This document shows, one piece after another, positions 24,440-34,473 of a DNA stretch of 64,000 bases. A program made the translations under genes and the position numbers. The DNA comes from a virus (lineage: Duplodnaviria; Caudoviricetes). A model generated the notes under the pieces. It did no database searches, had not been told where the DNA came from, and was given only the letters and a program-made list of their open reading frames with translations. Every line of letters begins with the position of its first letter. Position 1 is the first letter of the stretch. The DNA lies in IMG/VR virus record IMGVR_UViG_3300021255_001258, positions 63,449-127,448 of that record. The stretch is one strand, 5' to 3'.

Positions 24440-26359
24440 TTATAGTGAACTAAACCGCCTACCAGGTCTAATGGTGAGGCGATTAATAAAATCTTTATTA
24501 TCTGGTTTTTTGCGCTGACGAATCTAATCTTCTTGCCTCATTATTGCAAGACAATGAGCAAGCAAACACAATGTATAAGATCTATCATCGCCAATTAAAT
24601 TCTAAAAACCCGGAGCTAAATCATAGCGAATATTATTATTGGAAGACTTGTATCTATACATATGAGTGACTTCTTCTTTCATAGCATCAATCTGTTTTAA
24701 TGCCTGCTCTTCATCAGCAGTTAATTTATATATTTCTTCATTTTCCTCATCTCCGTCTTGCACAAGAAATGAGAGATTCCCATGATAATCATAATCGGCA
24801 GTAAATGATATTAAATCCTGTTCAATTAACTCAATTAATTCTGTATACATCTACACTTTATATTTAGAAGGTTCAATCATTCGCACTACATCTATATTGT
24901 CTGGATATCTTTTAATATAAGGTTGACAAAAATCATAAGTCTTATCCATCAGACCTCTATGTTTATAATCAGGATCATTTTTATGATGTTTCTCATACCA
25001 CTCATCAAATAAATATCCCAATACTTGGGTTGCACCACCGCCGCTTCCTGCATCCATCATAAGGTATTTAATATTCTTGTAATCAGGAACGCCTATACCA
25101 TTATAATTGATCAATTCTTCACGAACTCTATCAACTTGCTATGGTGTTGTCAACGGTTTTCGCGTTTCTTTATCAATTAAATTAATGCAATTAACAATCT
25201 CCATATGCCAACCACGCTTATCATTATGCAATAGTTTCCCAACACTCAAGATGCTATTATCCTTTTTCGCTGCCAAGTCCCATGCAAGAACATACAAACT
25301 CTTATTGTCTGCATTTACAAGTTCCGGCGGACGAACAACACTATTCCTAAGAATTTGAGACTTCTTAACAATTATTTGGTCTCCGCCATCAATATCAAAT
25401 TTATTTCTATATTCTCGATTCGCCTTTATAGGATTGATCTTCATTTCAGAATCTATTTTTTCCTATGTTAAAAGCGGAACGGGATAAACTTTGCCATTAT
25501 AGGTCGCATTCATTACCAGGTCACAATCTATATCAAAACAAGCATATCTTTTATCTCCGGCCATACTGTGTAGAGCATACTCTTTATACATCCTATAAAA
25601 ATAATCATCCACAGATCCGGCAGAAGATGCAAATATAACTTGATTGGGAAAATTCGGCGGCAATAATGAAACGTCAATATTACCACCAAGAGCAAAGTCA
25701 GAGTTCTGACTAACGAACGGAAGAGTAGCAGTATACATATCTTCCAGAACATATGACGCTTCGTCATAGAAATTCAAACGAGAACGCTTACCACGCGACG
25801 CATCAAAATTACTGTTTACTGTAGCAATCGTAGAACCAGAATACAATTTATAACTCCACGAGTTTGGGTTGTGAGAAAACCCATTCGAATTTGCCTGACT
25901 TTTGACAAGTTCGTTCATGAATACGTCTGTAAGACCAGTAAAACTCGCAATTTCTTTCTTGGTGATAGCCTCAATCTTTTTCATCATGCCAATACTTTGT
26001 GCTCCAGTACCAGACAGGATATATCCCTCGAAATACGGAAGAAGAAGAGTTTTTGCCATTAAAAATGGACTACCTAATGTAGTTTTGCCACTGTTTCGGC
26101 TCATGCACCAAACCACATATGGAGTAATCCAACTTTCCATAAATACATATTTCTAATAATCCAAAAACTCTATCCCCATAAAACGTTCGCAAAATTTAAC
26201 CGGATTTCTACGTCCCCACTAAATTATTTCTGCGGTTTTCTTTAAACCTTCAAGCCGAAGATTAGACATATCATAGTAAGTAGGTTTTACAAAATATGTA
26301 TAATTCTTCGGATTAAATTCCTCAATTTCTTTACCAAGTAAAGTAATATTTTCACTCAT
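24440..26359 (-). CDS. terL: Terminase large subunit (639 aa; 7 TAG)
   Basis: Walker A (SRNSGKTT), Walker B (FYDEA), ASSA coupling motif, nuclease motifs LAWDLA, MDAGSGGG and DDRSY; all fragments in one frame, separated only by TAG. Confidence 0.92.
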
Positions 26360-27548
26360 CTATAACATTTAATGCTTCGTCGATAATATTTCTCTCTATA
26401 AGAAAATCTTTTAAATCTTTGTTTTCTTTACGGAGTAACCTACAATATTCAACAGCATTATCCCTTTCTTTTTGCAATGTATGAAGAAGCTGTGCCTGAT
26501 GTTGAACCTCTCGTTCCCAGTCATTTTCATCAGGATTAAGCTGCTTCATCTGATTCTGAAAATTAGCCTCCATTATATTGGAAATGGCAGCATTAGTCTC
26601 GTAGTCAAACGTATTTATCTCAATGTCATCTAAATTCATTTCTGACATTTCCTTAATGATACCACTAAGAGTTCCAGCTCCTTTACTTTTACTATTGTTA
26701 TGGTTAACGGATATACCGTTATCTTTCGCAAGAGCAAGAGCAGAATTTATCATCTTTTGCTTTGTGTCAGCTAATGACTTTATTGTAGAGATTACAGCCG
26801 GATTTTCGCCAAGCTGTTTTTTATATTTAGAAATTGCGTCATTGATTGTTTTAATGTCCTTAAAACTTTGCACAATCTCAATTACTGCTTCTAACTTTAA
26901 TCCATCGTCTCGTACAGAATCATCAAAATAACTAACAAGTTTTGCATAAAGAATCGGCTGTTCTTCAATCGGCTCATTCTCAAACGGGTCATAACCAAGG
27001 AAGCGGAGAGTAGTCTTCTTATTTATTTCATAAGTACTTCTCACATCTTCCGCCAAATCATCGGCAGTCTTTGGCTCTTTAATAATATACTGACCACCAC
27101 CCGCCACATTCTTCTTAAACATATCTGAATCAAAAAAGTCCATTCCGACCCAGTTGACCATTTGTATATTTTTTATGTAGGCGGCCCATGGATTATGTTT
27201 GACTTTCCCAGCTACAAGATTATCTGATTCTTGCACACTTGCATCCCAAACAGTATTAATAAACGGTTTATTCAGTAGCTTAAGAGCTTCAATACAAGAC
27301 TCTTTTGTTACTTCATGTTCAATACCGTCCTCATCAACTTGAAGCGCAATTTTTCGCGCACATTCTTTACACACACAACCAACCTCACATTTACAATGTG
27401 GATCAGTATTGACATAGAATTTGCTTTTATCTTTAAGGACACCGCAAACAATACAGCGCACCCCATTTTCAAGCAACTTCTTCATTTTTTCGTTTTCTTC
27501 CCGTACCTGTGCTATGGGGATTTTCTTCTCTTGTTTTACCACAGCCAT
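26352..27548 (-). CDS. Zn-finger-containing protein upstream of TerL (possible small terminase)
   Basis: CxxC...CKEC N-terminus; overlaps the TerL start. Confidence 0.6.
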   Translation of the reverse strand: MAVVKQEKKIPIAQVREENEKMKKLLENGVRCIVCGVLKDKSKFYVNTDPHCKCEVGCVCKECARKIALQVDEDGIEHEVTKESCIEALKLLNKPFINTVWDASVQESDNLVAGKVKHNPWAAYIKNIQMVNWVGMDFFDSDMFKKNVAGGGQYIIKEPKTADDLAEDVRSTYEINKKTTLRFLGYDPFENEPIEEQPILYAKLVSYFDDSVRDDGLKLEAVIEIVQSFKDIKTINDAISKYKKQLGENPAVISTIKSLADTKQKMINSALALAKDNGISVNHNNSKSKGAGTLSGIIKEMSEMNLDDIEINTFDYETNAAISNIMEANFQNQMKQLNPDENDWEREVQHQAQLLHTLQKERDNAVEYCRLLRKENKDLKDFLIERNIIDEALNVIDE

Positions 27549-27579
27549 CCGCCGTAGCACCTCCTTTTATTCATTTTAA

Positions 27580-27653
27580 CGGGGATAGATGGACTCGAAC
27601 CACCGGCCTAGTGATTAACAGTCACTCGCTGCCACCAACTGAGCTATATCCCC
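27580..27653 (-). tRNA. tRNA-Asn (GTT)
   Basis: Cloverleaf with acceptor GGGGATA/TATCCCC, anticodon loop CT-GTT-AA, T-loop GTTCGAGTC. Confidence 0.9.
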
Positions 27654-27664
27654 GTAACCAAAAA

Positions 27665-27736
27665 TTGGAGCGACAAGAGTCGAACTTGCCTGATCTAGTT
27701 CCCAAAACTAGCGCCTCGCCGATAGGCTACGCCCCA
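27665..27736 (-). tRNA. tRNA-Pro (TGG), atypical U1-A72
   Basis: Stem CTAGT/ACTAG with loop TT-TGG-GA; T-arm GCAAG-TTCGACT-CTTGT. Confidence 0.8.
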
Positions 27737-28306
27737 ACAAAAAATAAAAAACCAATGCAGGCATCGGCTCCTCTAAAAACCTCAACGGTTTTTGTTCCGA
27801 ATTCTACCAACGGGAATCGAACCCGAAGCAGAAGAGCAGATACTCCTCTGCGCACCAACATAGACATTATTTAATAGCAATTACAATCCAAAGCATTAAA
27901 GACATAATGGCGGTACTTCCAAGAATCGCCACAACCTCCTATAATACTTCTACGGCGGTCTTTTTAATTTGATTCACATCCATCACCTCCAATATATATA
28001 AACAGCGTATAACCATAAACTTAGCTGTGCCGCGCTCTAGAAACGCAAGTTTTCATGGGTAACATAAATTTATCTACAAACATCATTAATGATGTCTGCT
28101 ATTTTACAAAGTTCTTCCCGGTCACGAGAATCATATCCGGTATCTTTAATTAAAGCATGAGCAAGATGAATGCAAAAATTTTGAAGAAATTCATCCTACT
28201 CATTTGTTGTCTCATCTGGAGACTTGCAAATTGTGTCATATACTTGATTATACTTATCAAGACATTCCCGTGTGTATTTGTATAAATCTTTCATAGTATA
28301 CTCCTT

Positions 28307-29167
28307 TTAATCCAGTATTAAATCATCTAATTCTAAATTGTCAGAATCTAGATCATTCATATAATCATAGACATCAAAATATTTATTTATACCAAGCTCT
28401 TGTCTTTTCCTGTTTACATACTCTTCAAGCTGTTCTGGCGTATTATCATACACTCCATATTCATAATGAAATGATCCGGGAATTGCCAAATTATGATGGT
28501 CTCTACATAAACAGATACCATTATAAATAGAGAATCTAGATTCTGGATGAGAAGAAAATGGGTAAATATGATGATATTCACTATTCTATGTAGAACCACA
28601 AACCACACACTCGCCGCCTGTTTTCTTGAGAACTTCTTTTTTCCAATCCCGGTATAAGCCAGTTTTGCGAAGTTCTCTAATGGCAGATCGATCACCATCT
28701 TCTGATGTACTTGTCTCCGTGGCATGTCTATTTTTCCCATAACAAGATGCTCTTAGGCCACTTTTAAGTTTTCCTGCTAAAACAGAAACTTCTCTACCAC
28801 ATGTACATTTACACATCCAATAAGTAATTTTCTTTTCTCTCGTTTTTTCTTCGTCAAAATATAAAGCAGTCAAATTCCCGAATTGTTGCCCAGTTAAATC
28901 TTCTCTCGTTTGGCCACCATGTCCTCCTGTACACTGCAAACATTGAAAAACGCGATCCGGTTTTTCAGTAAAACCCAAAAGTCTTCTACTTTCGCTTTCA
29001 TGGATACCATTTGGACATTTGAAATAATATTTAGTTTTGGTTCTAGCTGGCACTTCCGACGGCAGTTTATCATTCCTCTCATAGTCCCAAAGATCCAACA
29101 AATCCTGACGATTATTTTCAATACACCATTCTTCGAACGTCTATTTACATGTATACCTGTTACCCAT
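28307..29167 (-). CDS. Zn-ribbon plus HNH endonuclease (286 aa; 2 TAG)
   Basis: LWDY..N, YYFKCP and WMCKCTCG segments; HNH CVVCGST-Q-NSEYHH...NGICLCRDHH assembled across the TAG at 28586. Confidence 0.82.
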
Positions 29168-29202
29168 ATTTTTTACCTCCTATAGTAAATTCCTAGTTAT
29201 TA

Positions 29203-29269
29203 AATGCGAGAAGAGAAGTCTAGGAGCACTTCTCTCATGAGGTTAATTACTCCTCATGTTTCTCGCATT
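29203..29269 (-). promoter_or_regulatory. Three-way-junction RNA leader of the HNH gene with an anti-SD loop
   Basis: Stems AATGCGAGAA/TTCTCGCATT, CATGAGG/CCTCATG and GAGAAGT/ACTTCTC; loop GCTCCTAG is complementary to the TAGGAG RBS. Confidence 0.6.
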
Positions 29270-29272
29270 AAA

Positions 29273-29360
29273 CAAGCCCGGAGGGACTCGAACCCTCATT
29301 CGCGGCATCAGACGCTCTTACAGATTTAGAGTCTGCTGTTTTGCATTAAACTACGGGCCT
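29273..29360 (-). tRNA. Amber suppressor tRNA, anticodon CTA, long variable region
   Basis: Acceptor AGGCCCG/CGGGCTT plus G73; D stem GTTT/AAAC; anticodon arm GCAGA-CT-CTA-AA-TCTGT (anticodon 29327-29329); T arm GAGGG-TTCGAGT-CCCTC. Confidence 0.88.
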
Positions 29361-29390
29361 TTATAGCGCAGCTTCCACTACGCCAAAACA

Positions 29391-29870
29391 TTATTCCTTC
29401 TTATCAGTTGAGAAAATTACACCCTCGTCCTCACCAATAATCTCTTTAGCGATATCTGCCATCAGAGTAGAGGTAATGCCATGAGGATCCCCCATATTGT
29501 CGTTCCAGAACTGGATAACCTCCGGTTTAAACACAACATAACTAATCGGATTCGACATAATTCCTTCAATAGTCGTTGCATAAGAAAATGCCGGATTGCC
29601 CTCAAACGCTCTCTTAATATAATCAATTCTCTTCGGTTCATCATTCGCCGGAATTACTTCGATAAACACGGATACATTTCCAAAATCTTTCTGTACTGGC
29701 AGAAGCTCATCAAGAGCAGTAGCTTTTTCATGACTTTCAACATACAGCTTGATATGCATCTCGTCCTCATCAAACTCAACTTTAATATCAGGATCTGGAC
29801 TAAACATAGCTTCAAGTTTTCTATAGTACTCCACCCAAGGCGGAGACAGTTTTGTCTTTTTATCTTCCAT
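29391..29870 (-). CDS. Conserved phage hypothetical protein
   Basis: MEDKKTKLSPPW..., GAGG RBS. Confidence 0.7.
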   Translation of the reverse strand: MEDKKTKLSPPWVEYYRKLEAMFSPDPDIKVEFDEDEMHIKLYVESHEKATALDELLPVQKDFGNVSVFIEVIPANDEPKRIDYIKRAFEGNPAFSYATTIEGIMSNPISYVVFKPEVIQFWNDNMGDPHGITSTLMADIAKEIIGEDEGVIFSTDKKE

Positions 29871-29964
29871 AATATCTTCCCTCATATAAAATAGGAGAGG
29901 AGTGAATCGTAGCCACTCCTCCCCACTAAGCAATATGTACCGAGACGGTACTACGCTGGATACC

Positions 29965-30531
29965 TTAATTCATCCTATATTTAATGATTGCCTGTGCAGC
30001 TTCATCAGTAAGATGCGAAGATCCACGGTATGCAAATTGGCGCTTCGTGTCGCCAAGACATTCGCAGTAAAAGAATCCCCTATGATCAGGGTCCCACTCA
30101 AAGCAAGTCTGCGGATCCTCATCCATTCCGGGATCATCCTCCTCGATTTCTTCGTAATCAAATGTAAACAGACGGAATTCAGCCTCTACAAGATCGTGAT
30201 TTTTAACATCCACAATAAACTTCGAATTCACCGTATCCTGCACAAAAATTACTCCGTCAACGCCAATATAACATCCATGATTCTCGTTAAATGCCTTTTC
30301 AATATAAAGAGCTTTATCATCACTATCAATTGTAAGGATATATTCACGGTTATAAGTCATAGCATCAATATCTGCAAAAGCAATATCAAATTCCTCGACA
30401 TTCATAAAATACATGACGAGATCCTTAATAGTTTTATTGTCGCCAATAACAACTACCTAATCATTTTTATCTAGTACATCATATAGCTCGTCGAGCATCC
30501 CCAACGGCTCCTCATAAAATTCCATTTTCAT
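29965..30531 (-). CDS. Hypothetical acidic protein (1 TAG)
   Basis: Extends to ATG 30531 through one TAG; the most upstream clearly recoded gene seen on the minus arm. Confidence 0.65.
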
Positions 30532-30549
30532 GTTTATCCCTTTTCTTCC

Positions 30550-31755
30550 TTAAAATTTAATATCATATATACAATCAAGCCCTTCATTCTCAGAAATAAC
30601 GCACAACGCCTGTTCGGGTCTATTTTTAAGCCGTTTGTCAACACAATACTGATCACTGCCGCTAAGACATCCAGACTGCACAACTTTTGTGTCGTAATCT
30701 GTCATCAAAGCATTTGTATGCCTATGTCCAGTTAATATAATATTCGGCTTAATCCCAAACATTCTACGCATATTGTCTGCGGCCACACTAAAAGAATCTT
30801 TGTCACCATGGATAGCAAAAACATTCATGTTTCTAACAGGAAATATTGCAACACTCTGTTCTATATCATTTTTATGACAAATCACATTCTTATAGTTTTG
30901 TAATTTAGCCTGTAAAAAAGGAATTAAAAGATTATCCATATTTTCGTGAGCCAAACTCTCATCTTTCTTTGGAGTTATCCGGCTATGATTTCCTGGAGCG
31001 ACATATACATTCACACATTCAAAATACTGTGAAAGTACAGCCAAGAACTCGCATACGTAATCAGTTACCGTCAAAAACTGGTCAATTAAATCTTGATTAT
31101 TCTCTATACGTAATATTGGATGTATTAATCCAGACAATAATTCCGAACAAACAACATAAGCATCTCTTGCACCATGTCTTTTCGCAATTTCAATAACCCT
31201 GTCTAAATAATGATTCAATCGTTTGTTTAATATATCAGTATTATATTCGTTCCAAAAATTTTTAACTTCAATTCCACTATGTAAATCATAAAGCGGAATT
31301 AACAAATCACAATTACAATTATCTGTAAAAAAATCAGATTTTCCAGAATATTCTAAGGCCATTTTTGCTCCAGCCTCGACAATTGCATTTGTGAACTGTT
31401 CTATATATGATTCTTTACGAGCTTCTTCACGTAGAAGCCTCCGATATTCATTGCGCTCATCACGAACTTTTACCTTTTCTTTCTCAAGTTCACGACGTAG
31501 CTCAATTAATTCCTCCGCAGAAGCATCAACAGTATCATCAGAAAACTCCTCACGAGTCTGCTTCATAAGCGCAAATTTTTTCCTGTATGCGCTCTCGCTA
31601 TAATATTCTGACGGATCATCACGCAGCTCTTTATTAAATATATCTGCAAGTTCCGTCCATGTCAGATCTAATAAACCATCATTTTTGGCTTGACCCAACC
31701 TATAAATATAACGCATTTCACTTTCGCCCGGAAGTCGGGCAGTAGAAGAGGACAT
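30550..31755 (-). CDS. Calcineurin-like metallophosphoesterase with N-terminal HTH/coiled coil
   Basis: DLH, GNH, HGD and GHRH motifs. Confidence 0.8.
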   Translation of the reverse strand: MSSSTARLPGESEMRYIYRLGQAKNDGLLDLTWTELADIFNKELRDDPSEYYSESAYRKKFALMKQTREEFSDDTVDASAEELIELRRELEKEKVKVRDERNEYRRLLREEARKESYIEQFTNAIVEAGAKMALEYSGKSDFFTDNCNCDLLIPLYDLHSGIEVKNFWNEYNTDILNKRLNHYLDRVIEIAKRHGARDAYVVCSELLSGLIHPILRIENNQDLIDQFLTVTDYVCEFLAVLSQYFECVNVYVAPGNHSRITPKKDESLAHENMDNLLIPFLQAKLQNYKNVICHKNDIEQSVAIFPVRNMNVFAIHGDKDSFSVAADNMRRMFGIKPNIILTGHRHTNALMTDYDTKVVQSGCLSGSDQYCVDKRLKNRPEQALCVISENEGLDCIYDIKF

Positions 31756-31758
31756 ATA

Positions 31759-31980
31759 TTAGTCCTCCTCAAAGCCTTCGCTTAAATCTTCCTCGGCTTT
31801 TGTAACAATCGAGAGTTCGACAAACATTCCCCTAAACGGGGCAAAACATTTTGCAACGTCAATGGTTGCCGCATCTCCGTCACTGTTTGTATAGTCAATC
31901 ATATCTCCATCGGGAGAAAGGGTGCCTTTAATCGCAAAACGAGTGTTAGTTTTACTGTTGTAAGTATAATTCTTTGCCAT
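31759..31980 (-). CDS. Small hypothetical protein (YonK position)
   Basis: AGGAG RBS; 73 aa. Confidence 0.55.
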   Translation of the reverse strand: MAKNYTYNSKTNTRFAIKGTLSPDGDMIDYTNSDGDAATIDVAKCFAPFRGMFVELSIVTKAEEDLSEGFEED

Positions 31981-32000
31981 AGTTTTTCTCCTTTTAATCA

Positions 32001-32615
32001 TTATAAAATTTCATCAAGATCTATGTCTTTCCCTATAACTTTATCAACAACGCCGAGTTCAACAGCCTTTGCGCATGTCATATAATATTCTTCATCATAG
32101 ATTTTGTCATAAAATTCCTCGGTCATTTTAGTCCTAGATAAAACAAAATCTTTTGTGTTAGAATCCAGCTCTTTGAAGAACCTCATTGTATCTTGGGCTT
32201 TCTTTGAAGTATTGGAAATTGCAACACTTCCATCATGCTGTAAGAATACACTGTTTTCAAATGCAATCCTTTCATGACAAGCAAGAAAAATTGTATAACA
32301 AGCACTTGCCACAAGTGAAAGACCAATCCCAATGACTGGTGTCTTACTTTGCATGATTACATCTACAACATTTCTTGATACAAACGTATCTCCGCCAACG
32401 CTACTCATATAAATCCTGATTTTCTTTCGACACTCAATAGGCAATCCAATATCTTCTTTATTCCATTTGAGAATATAGAGTACAATATCTTCAACCATAC
32501 TGTCATTTACTTCGTCATTGAACACGAGAACTCTATCCTCAAGATATTCCCTATACATTTCCTCATACGCTGATGACTGATTACCGATTCCGGTCGGAAT
32601 TACAAAACCATCCAT
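32001..32615 (-). CDS. clpP: ClpP-like protease
   Basis: IYMSSVGG, VASA (catalytic Ser), FLQHD (His) and AVELGVVD motifs. Confidence 0.85.
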   Translation of the reverse strand: MDGFVIPTGIGNQSSAYEEMYREYLEDRVLVFNDEVNDSMVEDIVLYILKWNKEDIGLPIECRKKIRIYMSSVGGDTFVSRNVVDVIMQSKTPVIGIGLSLVASACYTIFLACHERIAFENSVFLQHDGSVAISNTSKKAQDTMRFFKELDSNTKDFVLSRTKMTEEFYDKIYDEEYYMTCAKAVELGVVDKVIGKDIDLDEIL

Positions 32616-32618
32616 TCC

Positions 32619-32936
32619 TTATACCTCCGCATATTTCTCGATTTTTTTAAATCTCTCCTCAATAGCAGCATCAACTCTGCGCTGTACTTCTTTCTCAATC
32701 AGTGCATCCATGTCTGCTTTAGAAGTAGTAGCCTTTGCGACTTCATTTTCTTTCATAATGCGGTCAAGGTCTTCTTTAAACTTTTCGTCCGACAAAAATA
32801 CAAAAACTGATCTTTTGTGATCTGGATCCGTTGAATCGGCTTTAATATCAACAATTCTATTGTCACACGCCAGCAGCTGACGAGCGATTCGTGCTTTTCT
32901 AATTACCTTGCATTCCATATTCTCTGTATTCGGCAT
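32619..32936 (-). CDS. Hypothetical protein
   Basis: 105-aa ORF with RBS. Confidence 0.6.
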   Translation of the reverse strand: MPNTENMECKVIRKARIARQLLACDNRIVDIKADSTDPDHKRSVFVFLSDEKFKEDLDRIMKENEVAKATTSKADMDALIEKEVQRRVDAAIEERFKKIEKYAEV

Positions 32937-32985
32937 ATCATTTTTCTCCTTTTAATTCCTGTAAAATAAAAAAGAGCCATTCGGC

Positions 32986-33792
32986 TCATTGAAATAAATT
33001 CGCAAACAATCTAGATGTTTCACTACGAACATCTTCTTCGAGAGTAATCGCGGCAAACAGTGGATTTCCTTTAAAAGCATTACACATTTTCAACAGTGGT
33101 GAATTCGCACTACCATTTGCGGCTTGTCTATAATCGCCATCAAAAACAATCTTGCTGCCTTCACCAACACGAGTCCCGATCATGCGTATTTGCTTTTCCG
33201 ACAAATCTTCTGATTCGTCAATCACCATCCAGGTATCTTGATAAGATGTTCCTTTCATATAAGTTGGAATATTAAAATCCAAGATTCCCTGTTGTTTTAA
33301 TTGCTCAACCTCCCAATCCTTACCATCAAGCTGTTGAATTAATGGCAACGTCCAGACTTCATTCTTCTGGCTAAAACTGCCAGGAAGGTAGCCCAACTCT
33401 CTTCCCTCACCCATGGGTTCTCTGACCCCAAGGATATGAGATTGCCACCCCTTCTCTTTGACAGAAAAGAGTCCCATCTGCATCGCAAGAAAACTCTTAC
33501 CACTTCCGTATTGACCGAGTATTGCACATATTGTAATATTCGGATTATTAAGCATATCCAAAGCACATCTCTGCAATGAATTCTTTCCTTTAAGTATTTT
33601 TGATGGCGGCAATTTTAACGGGACAAATTTAGCCCCATCCCAACGCATTTCGCGTTCAGTTCCATCATCAGTATTTTTAATAATTAGATACTCATTACAA
33701 TTCCAAATAGAAGTATTAATTTCAGACATATACTCATTTATCTGATCCGTATTTCCTTCTACTAATTTGTAACCTTTGTATATTTCGTCCAT
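32986..33792 (-). CDS. phoH: PhoH-like ATPase
   Basis: GQYGSGKS, LGYLPG, IDESEDL, TRVGEGSK..GD..Q and VRS motifs. Confidence 0.85.
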   Translation of the reverse strand: MDEIYKGYKLVEGNTDQINEYMSEINTSIWNCNEYLIIKNTDDGTEREMRWDGAKFVPLKLPPSKILKGKNSLQRCALDMLNNPNITICAILGQYGSGKSFLAMQMGLFSVKEKGWQSHILGVREPMGEGRELGYLPGSFSQKNEVWTLPLIQQLDGKDWEVEQLKQQGILDFNIPTYMKGTSYQDTWMVIDESEDLSEKQIRMIGTRVGEGSKIVFDGDYRQAANGSANSPLLKMCNAFKGNPLFAAITLEEDVRSETSRLFANLFQ

Positions 33793-33798
33793 TAAGCA

Positions 33799-33996
33799 TC
33801 ACCGCCCATCATGTACTTCTATAATTTCACGCTCTTTATATTCCTTTAAAAGCTTCATGGCTCTCGGATTTGTGGAAAGCCAATATCTTTTGCCAGAAGA
33901 TTTGTGAGTTTTAGAACTCATGTGGACACAATGCCCTTGTCCGTGATCGCGGATATATTTAGCTTCATTTGCGCTAATCTTAATCAAGTATTTCAC
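33799..33996 (-). CDS. Small hypothetical protein
   Basis: 65-aa ORF, AGGAG RBS. Confidence 0.5.
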   Translation of the reverse strand: MKYLIKISANEAKYIRDHGQGHCVHMSSKTHKSSGKRYWLSTNPRAMKLLKEYKEREIIEVHDGR

Positions 33997-34070
33997 TCCT
34001 AATTAATATATTTACGCACAAAAATAGGGCAGCAATAGCCACCCTAAAAACAATGCGCATAATGTTTAAT

Positions 34071-34144
34071 TGCAGGAGCCAGATTTGAACTGACGACCTC
34101 CAGAGCATGAGTCTGGCGAGCTACCGAACTGCTCCATCCTGCTA
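34071..34144 (-). tRNA. tRNA-Met (CAT), initiator-like
   Basis: GGAGCAGTTCGGTAGCTCG D-arm, CT-CAT loop, GTTCAAATC T-loop, 1:72 mismatch. Confidence 0.8.
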
Positions 34145-34150
34145 TAAAAA

Positions 34151-34465
34151 TTGCAACCATTGCAGCCGCATACAAACCACTGAGTCAATTACACAACACT
34201 CAAAAACTTTCCTGCGGATTTTATCGAGTATTAGTCTTTATTACGTAAACTTTATGTTATAAAGAACGCTGACATTTAACCGCTAAACGCTAAATGCTAA
34301 ACATTGAGCTTTTACCCCACATTTGTATATAACGCACCAATCCTTCTAAGCGTTATATTCTCCTAATAACAGGATTCCACATCCATTATAAAGAAAATAT
34401 GTTTTGAAGCGGAGATAAGGCTCTCCGCAGGCCGTGTAAGTTCGCAGTTTTCGCAATAGTTGCAA
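34151..34465 (-). ncRNA. Candidate structured ncRNA downstream of the DIP1984-like gene
   Basis: 13-bp closing stem TTGCAACTATTGC/GCAATGGTTGCAA, internal long-range pairs and a 7-nt-period repeat. Confidence 0.65.
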
Positions 34466-34473
34466 AATGTATA

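Noticed and set aside
24440-26359. Intron or intein in the terminase
   Set aside because: All pieces are in one frame joined by TAG; 639 aa leaves no room and no splice or intein motifs were seen.
29273-29360. Pyrrolysine or selenocysteine decoding
   Set aside because: No pyl/sel genes in the window, the tRNA lacks the very short variable loop of tRNA-Pyl, and TAG contexts look like Gln.
1-30531. Decayed prophage / mass pseudogenisation
   Set aside because: Interruptions are only TAG with no frameshifts apart from the three introns, catalytic motifs are intact, and a CUA tRNA is present.
34267-34308. CRISPR array
   Set aside because: 7-nt degenerate tandem units without spacers; no cas genes and no 25-45-nt repeat arrays seen in the window.
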